DNA of 64,000 nucleotides from Candidatus Bathyarchaeia archaeon. Lineage in GTDB: Archaea; Thermoproteota; Bathyarchaeia; Bathyarchaeales; Bathycorpusculaceae. Numbering within the stretch: the first letter of the stretch is position 1; each line of letters opens with the position of its first letter. Below, one piece after another: positions 58,848 to 64,000 of this stretch. Location of the stretch: the NCBI GenBank assembly GCA_038883795.1, contig JAVZLK010000004.1, forward strand, positions 52,795 through 116,794, written 5' to 3'. Position numbers and translations under genes: made by a program. The notes under the pieces were generated by a model, which worked only from the letters and a program-made list of their open reading frames with translations, ran no database searches and was not told the origin of the DNA.

Positions 58848-60934
58848 AAATTGAAATTGTTCAGCTTGAAAACATCCGCTCCCACGTAAAATCCACAGTG
58901 CCCTTCGCAAGGGGCTTCAACTGCCTCGTAGGCGGTTTGGGCAGTGGAAAATCAACAATATTATATTCAATAGATTTTGCGCTTTTCGGCGAACCCCTAG
59001 GCAGAAGCTACGACTACCTTCTCCGAGAAGGCGCAGAAAATGGAAAAGTCACAGTCCAATTTGTTCAAAACGGAAAAACCTACAAAATATCAAGGGGCTT
59101 GAAAAGGCATGGGAAAGGCATAAGCCAAGACTTTGAAGAACTAAAACTCTTCGAAGGAGAAAACCTAATCGCCAGCATAAAAAGCGACGCAGTAGCAGAA
59201 CAAATAAAAGCAATAACAGCCTTAGACAAGGACCTTTTCCGTGAAATAGTTTGGGTTAGACAAGAACATCTAAAAGAACTCTTAGACGCCACACCAAGAG
59301 AGAGACAAAAACGCTTGGACGAACTATTTGGGTTATCAGACTACGAAGTTGCATGGAGCAATTTGTTAGGCTATCAAAAAGGATATGATGTAGAAAGAAA
59401 AATTTACGAAAAAGACCCAGACGTTGTTGGAATGGAAAAACTCGACAAGGAATATAACCAAACCGTGGAGCAGCTTGGAATAGTCGAAATCGAACTGCAA
59501 GATTTAACAAAAAGGCTTGACTTAGCCAAAAAAGCCCTCGAGGAGGCTGATTTGAGACTTAAAAAATTGGAGGACGTAAAAGCCCAAGTTGAAGAATTAA
59601 AAAGGAAGGAAGCCCAAATCCAAGCGAACTTAACAAACGTTGAAGATGCATCTGCATCCCTTGCCGAAAAAATTGATAAGAAAAAATCAACCATCGAAAA
59701 TCTGAAGCAACGCTTAAACAGCATAGTAACGCAAACAGAAACCTACAAGGCTAAGCTTAAAGAAATTGGGGTATCACCGGACCAGCCCATGGAAACCATA
59801 AAACAATATTTAATGAGTTTTGACGACCAAATCTCCAGCCTAAAAGGCGAACAAGAAGCAGCCCGAAGAAAAATGAGAGAAGACCAGAACAGAATTTCAT
59901 CCCTCTCCACAGAAAATCTCTGTCCGTTATGTTTACAGCCATTAACAGGCGAATACAAAAATGGTTTAATGCAGAGAATTCAGATGGAAAACGAGGAAAG
60001 ACAAAAAACAATAAGTCAGCTCCAACATGACATTGAAGAGCTTCAGCAGATAAAGAATAAAGCAAATGAGGCTTTCTCAAACCTGCAAACGCTAACTTTA
60101 AGATTGGAGGAGTTGAAAGTTCAAATTAACCAAGAATCCCAAGCTTTGGCGGAACTCACTAAAGAGTTTGAGGAAAAACAAAAGTTAGAAAGAGAACTGC
60201 GAACGCAGCTGGAAAATTTAAGAGCGGAAATCAGCAGATTTGACATCTCCGAACTGGAAAATGCCAGAATAAGGAGCAGACAAGCCTTTGAGCAATATTC
60301 TTCGCTGGAATCCGATTTAAAGGCTAAAGAAGCGCAGAGAAAATACCTAGTTCAGCGTTTAGAAGAGATAAAAGAGAGGATTGACCAAGCCCAACACAAA
60401 ATTGAACGCATAGAGAAAATTGCAAAGGCTGTTGAAATTATAGGCAGCATCCGCGACGCCTACAGAAGCATCCAGCCCAAACTGCGAAGCGAATTCGTAA
60501 AGGTCCTAAGAAACTTTGTTCAGCAAGTTCTCGACAGCCTCGCAGGCGGAGAAGGAACCCCAATAAACGTTTCCATAGACGAAACCTACACGCCATACGT
60601 AGTAAGCGAAAGCGGCATGGAAAGGGAAGTCTCGAACCTTTCAGGCGGAGAAAGAACACTGCTGGCTTTCGCCTACCGTCTCGGATTAGGACAACTGATT
60701 ATGCAGTCCAGAACTGGTCACGGATTAAGCATGCTCTTGCTCGACGAACCAACAGAAAGCCTCGGAAGAGAAGATGGCTCCATAGACCGCCTAGCCGAAG
60801 CCATATCCCGCTTCAAAGCCATAGAACAAATAATAGCGGTTACACACAGCGAAGCCTTTGCAGAAAAAGCCGAACATGTGATAAGACTTGAGAAGGAGGC
60901 TGGCGTTAGTAGAATTTACATTGAGAAAGGCTGA
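58844..60934 (+). CDS. rad50: DNA double-strand break repair ATPase Rad50
   Basis: Walker A GGLGSGKST, Q-loop VRQ, coiled coils with CPLC zinc hook, LSGGE, LLDEPT, VTH. Confidence 0.9.
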   Translation: MKIEIVQLENIRSHVKSTVPFARGFNCLVGGLGSGKSTILYSIDFALFGEPLGRSYDYLLREGAENGKVTVQFVQNGKTYKISRGLKRHGKGISQDFEELKLFEGENLIASIKSDAVAEQIKAITALDKDLFREIVWVRQEHLKELLDATPRERQKRLDELFGLSDYEVAWSNLLGYQKGYDVERKIYEKDPDVVGMEKLDKEYNQTVEQLGIVEIELQDLTKRLDLAKKALEEADLRLKKLEDVKAQVEELKRKEAQIQANLTNVEDASASLAEKIDKKKSTIENLKQRLNSIVTQTETYKAKLKEIGVSPDQPMETIKQYLMSFDDQISSLKGEQEAARRKMREDQNRISSLSTENLCPLCLQPLTGEYKNGLMQRIQMENEERQKTISQLQHDIEELQQIKNKANEAFSNLQTLTLRLEELKVQINQESQALAELTKEFEEKQKLERELRTQLENLRAEISRFDISELENARIRSRQAFEQYSSLESDLKAKEAQRKYLVQRLEEIKERIDQAQHKIERIEKIAKAVEIIGSIRDAYRSIQPKLRSEFVKVLRNFVQQVLDSLAGGEGTPINVSIDETYTPYVVSESGMEREVSNLSGGERTLLAFAYRLGLGQLIMQSRTGHGLSMLLLDEPTESLGREDGSIDRLAEAISRFKAIEQIIAVTHSEAFAEKAEHVIRLEKEAGVSRIYIEKG

Positions 60935-61004
60935 AAGAAAAAGTTAAATCTGTAAGAGATTCTTCTTATTCAAAAAGTAAAGTAAAATTCATGAAGGGTT
61001 ATGT

Positions 61005-62366
61005 ATGATTAGAAAATTTGTCTTTGTTTTAACTTTGTTTGTGTTGCTATTTTGCTTTTTTCGTTCGAGCCTGAAGATGGTTGAGATTAAGGCGGAAAGT
61101 GGTAATTTAGTTCGCAATGTTAATACTGGTAAAGATTACACAACTATTCAAGCTGCAATTGATGATCCACAAACCTTAAATGGGCATACGCTTTATGTTA
61201 AGAATGGTATTTATTACGAGAATGTTATCATTAATAAGTCATTATCACTTATTGGAGAGAATAAGAGCAATACTATCATTCAAGGAAATGGAGGAGGTAC
61301 GGTTGTTTTTATTGTCGTCAATAATGTTACTCTAAGAGGATTTACTGTGATGAATGGGAGCAACGGCGCTTTTGTTGAAAATGCAGACAATTGTCTAATT
61401 ATGGATAATAATTTCACCCAAAATGTAGATGCTATTCTGGTTCGCTATTCTGCCAATTGTACGATTCGCCAGAACATCATCGGAAACAATACTAATAGAG
61501 GTCTTTTAATAACGAATTCGCGGGACTTTACCGTTAGCAACAACCACGTTTATGGCAATAAAGAATATGGAATTAATGCTAATGCTTCATTAAACGGAGT
61601 AATTTCCCAGAACAATGTATATGAAAATTATCATGATGGAATAGGGATTGTATTCTATTCTAGCAACTGTGTAATTGCTGAGAACAATGTAAGTCGTAAT
61701 GAATGGTGGGGTATATACATAAGTGAATTTTCCACCAACAACATACTTTATCATAATAACATTATTAATAATACTGTTCAAGCTTCAGATGTTTCGTCGT
61801 CTAATCAATGGGATGATGATTTAGAAGGAAACTACTGGAGCAACTATGTAGGGGTTGACGAAAATTACGATGGAATAGGGGACACGCCCCATTATATAAT
61901 GGAAGGAGAAAGCTACAGGGACGAGCATCCGCTGATGGGCATGTTTCACTGTTTCAGTACTTCCTATAACCATCAAGTTAATGTGATTAGCAACTCTTCA
62001 ATTTCTGATTTTGACTTTAGTTTAGTTAATGAAACACATGCAGCGTTAAATCTCAACGTTAGTGGAGAAATTAATAATCAAGGCTTCTGCCGAATTCGCA
62101 TTCCGAAAATTCTTATCAACGGTTCCTATGTAGTAAAGTTCAATGAAGAAATCATAACAAACACAACATACCCACAAGTTAGAGAACTGACATGCTCAAA
62201 TGAAACCTATGAATATTTATACGTCAACTACACTCACAGCGGGCACAGAATAGAAATTATTGGAACAACGGCGATATCAGAGTTTCCATTAATGGTTATT
62301 CTACCTATGTTCATGTTAACAACGCTAATAGTAGTAGTCAAAGTTTACAGGAAGAAGCCTCATTAA
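61005..62366 (+). CDS. Secreted parallel beta-helix (NosD/CASH) surface protein with PEF-CTERM-like tail
   Basis: Signal peptide, YTTIQAAID, GIYYENVIINKSL, EGNYWS, DGIGDTP, HPLM, ISEFP+TM+RKKPH. Confidence 0.88.
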   Translation: MIRKFVFVLTLFVLLFCFFRSSLKMVEIKAESGNLVRNVNTGKDYTTIQAAIDDPQTLNGHTLYVKNGIYYENVIINKSLSLIGENKSNTIIQGNGGGTVVFIVVNNVTLRGFTVMNGSNGAFVENADNCLIMDNNFTQNVDAILVRYSANCTIRQNIIGNNTNRGLLITNSRDFTVSNNHVYGNKEYGINANASLNGVISQNNVYENYHDGIGIVFYSSNCVIAENNVSRNEWWGIYISEFSTNNILYHNNIINNTVQASDVSSSNQWDDDLEGNYWSNYVGVDENYDGIGDTPHYIMEGESYRDEHPLMGMFHCFSTSYNHQVNVISNSSISDFDFSLVNETHAALNLNVSGEINNQGFCRIRIPKILINGSYVVKFNEEIITNTTYPQVRELTCSNETYEYLYVNYTHSGHRIEIIGTTAISEFPLMVILPMFMLTTLIVVVKVYRKKPH

Positions 62367-62572
62367 AAACATTGTATATCATTATCCTCGTTTTAAATAT
62401 ATCCCGCCTCAACCTTCTTTATTGCCTTTTTTAGGGCTTTCTAAGCTTTTGTCCCTTTCCTCCATAACCGTCGCATACAGAATCGTGCAACTTTATTATA
62501 AGTAGAATCTCCCATTTTTAGTGAATTTTGAACATAGAACTTTTAAGGCAAGACAAAACAATAATATTGTGA

Positions 62573-63004
62573 GTGCAGATGAAAGAACTTGTTAAAAAAG
62601 TAAAACTTTTGGAACCACTGGATATTGAAAAAATCACTATAAACAGAGACCATTATTTTCCAAACGCTTACATAATTGATCTTCCCCTCGACTCTACACC
62701 AGATCATGTCTGGCAAGACATCTTCGAGCGGGAGTGGAAGGCAAGTAGACATTTGTGGGATAGAAAACTCTTTGTAATGGGAGATAAACTCAGGCTTCTA
62801 ACCACATTAAACAACATCGAAGAAAAAATTAACTGGATTAAAGAGGTTATAGATCGAACCAACAAGAGCATTGATGAGTATCATAAAGATATGGAGGCAC
62901 GAGCATCCCAAATAGAAGAACAATTGAGGAAGCAAATGGTGGACGAAACAGCAAAAATTGAGAAAATTAGGGATACTCTGAGAAGAAGATTTACGGCTAT
63001 CTAA
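62573..63004 (+). CDS. Hypothetical protein with C-terminal coiled coil
   Basis: 143-aa ORF with upstream TATA-like CTTTTAAG; no motif recognised. Confidence 0.7.
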   Translation: MQMKELVKKVKLLEPLDIEKITINRDHYFPNAYIIDLPLDSTPDHVWQDIFEREWKASRHLWDRKLFVMGDKLRLLTTLNNIEEKINWIKEVIDRTNKSIDEYHKDMEARASQIEEQLRKQMVDETAKIEKIRDTLRRRFTAI

Positions 63005-63050
63005 GACGCAGATAAATTAAGCACGTCTGATTCGTTAACATTTTTTTAGT

Positions 63051-63203
63051 TTATTTCCTGTTTTCGATTATTATGTTTTCTAGAGTTAGCATGAAGCGGC
63101 AACTGTCGCACATTTGGTCTTCTTTTGTTGCATCTCTTGTGTGGCATTTAACACATTTGGTTCGTTCGTTTGGTTTCTTTTTTTGCAGAAGATTGTCCAA
63201 CAT
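63051..63203 (-). CDS. Small CxxC-CxxC zinc-finger protein (50 aa; not in ORF track)
   Basis: Manual translation MLDNLLQKKKPNERTKCVKCHTRDATKEDQMCDSCRFMLTLENIIIENRK*. Confidence 0.6.
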   Translation of the reverse strand: MLDNLLQKKKPNERTKCVKCHTRDATKEDQMCDSCRFMLTLENIIIENRK

Positions 63204-63290
63204 GGTTTGTCCAGAATAGATTTTGTTTGCGCAGTTGCAGTTATGGTTTATGAATTTAGAATATAGATGCTGAGTAAAGAAGTTGTTTGT

Positions 63291-64000
63291 TTAAAACTTT
63301 TCTTCCACAACCATATTTTCTAATAGCCCAATCTTTTCAATCTCTATCCTCACCATGTCGCCGACTTGCAAAAATTTTGGTTGAGGCTTTATGGCGAATC
63401 CCACGCCTGCTGGAGTTCCAGTTGCTATTATATCGCATGGTTCTAAAGTCATCACTTTGCTTAGGTGGTGTATGATTTCTTCGACCGTGAAGACCATGTT
63501 TTTTGTTGTTGAGTTTTGGCGAAGCTCTCCATTGACCCATGTGCGGATGGACAGATTAGTTGCGTCTTCGACTTGGTTTATGGTGGTTATGCATGGCCCC
63601 ATAGGGGCGAAGGTGTCGAAACTTTTTCCTCTCGTCCATTGTTTATCCTTAAATTGGATGTCGCGGGCTGAAACGTCATTCATTATCGTATATCCGAAAA
63701 TGTATGATTTGGCTTCTGAAACTCCAACATTTTTTGCCTTTTTACCCATAACGATGGCTAGTTCAGCTTCATAGTCAAGTTGGTTAACAAAGCTTGGTTT
63801 GACAATCTTTTCGTACGGTCCAATTATTGCTGTATGCGGTTTCAAGAATATTATTGGTTCGTCTGGGATGGGTACATTTTGTTCTGCGGCATGGTCTCTG
63901 TAGTTTAAGCCTAAGCAGATGATTTTTGGTGGAAAAGCTACGGGTGCTAACAAGGTAACCTCATCTATAAGAAAAGAAGCATGTTTAATGTTGCTTTCAT
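63291..64000 (-). CDS. Fumarylacetoacetate hydrolase family protein, 5'-truncated by window
   Basis: KIICLGLNYRDH, LDYEAEL, NDVSARD, GKSFDTFAP, TGTPAGVG; frame open to window end. Confidence 0.92.
   Translation of the reverse strand, partial: ESNIKHASFLIDEVTLLAPVAFPPKIICLGLNYRDHAAEQNVPIPDEPIIFLKPHTAIIGPYEKIVKPSFVNQLDYEAELAIVMGKKAKNVGVSEAKSYIFGYTIMNDVSARDIQFKDKQWTRGKSFDTFAPMGPCITTINQVEDATNLSIRTWVNGELRQNSTTKNMVFTVEEIIHHLSKVMTLEPCDIIATGTPAGVGFAIKPQPKFLQVGDMVRIEIEKIGLLENMVVEEKF

Noticed and set aside
62367-62572. Short minus-strand frames (e.g. KALKKAIKKVEAGYI) suggesting a gene relic
   Set aside because: Under 20 codons, interrupted and without a recognisable motif.
1-64000. CRISPR array, DGR/retron, IS element, provirus, tRNA-derived att repeats, Sec/Pyl read-through
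   Set aside because: By eye I found no spaced repeats, reverse transcriptase, transposase, integrase or capsid genes, no second copy of either tRNA 3' end, and no gene split by a single in-frame TGA/TAG. A computational self-alignment would be needed to exclude weak repeats.

Overview
Archaeal chromosomal segment, most consistent with Bathyarchaeia/TACK. This is an inference from gene content: archaeal r-proteins, Spt5, aCPSF1/FttA, proteasome beta, G1PDH, DGGGP synthase, SepF and several NosD-repeat/PEF-CTERM-like surface proteins. The window is mostly housekeeping: about 75 CDS, two divergent tRNAs (Val-GAC, Ser-TGA), the rnp4-yhbY-S19e-PDCD5-L39e-L31e-eIF6-LX-pfdA-ftsY cluster, the secE-spt5-L11-L1-L10-L12 cluster, psmB-fttA and mre11-rad50. 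I saw no CRISPR array, transposase, integrase, reverse transcriptase or rRNA. The most notable items are: (1) a ~1.2 kb glycoside-hydrolase-like islet between rpl31e and eif6, bracketed by a 22-bp imperfect duplication of the rpl31e 3' end; (2) a ~75-nt G-U-rich hairpin in the leader of a beta-helix surface-protein gene that is split by one frameshift in an A6 run; (3) an acetate/pyrophosphate cluster (H+-PPase, SatP, Acs, convergent Pat-type ACD-GNAT retaining its phospho-His); (4) a PEF-CTERM gene relic, two small genes missing from the ORF track (rpl39e and a 50-aa zinc-finger protein), and several enzymes with altered catalytic motifs. No unambiguous large novel system was demonstrated; all assignments come from motif recognition without database searches.
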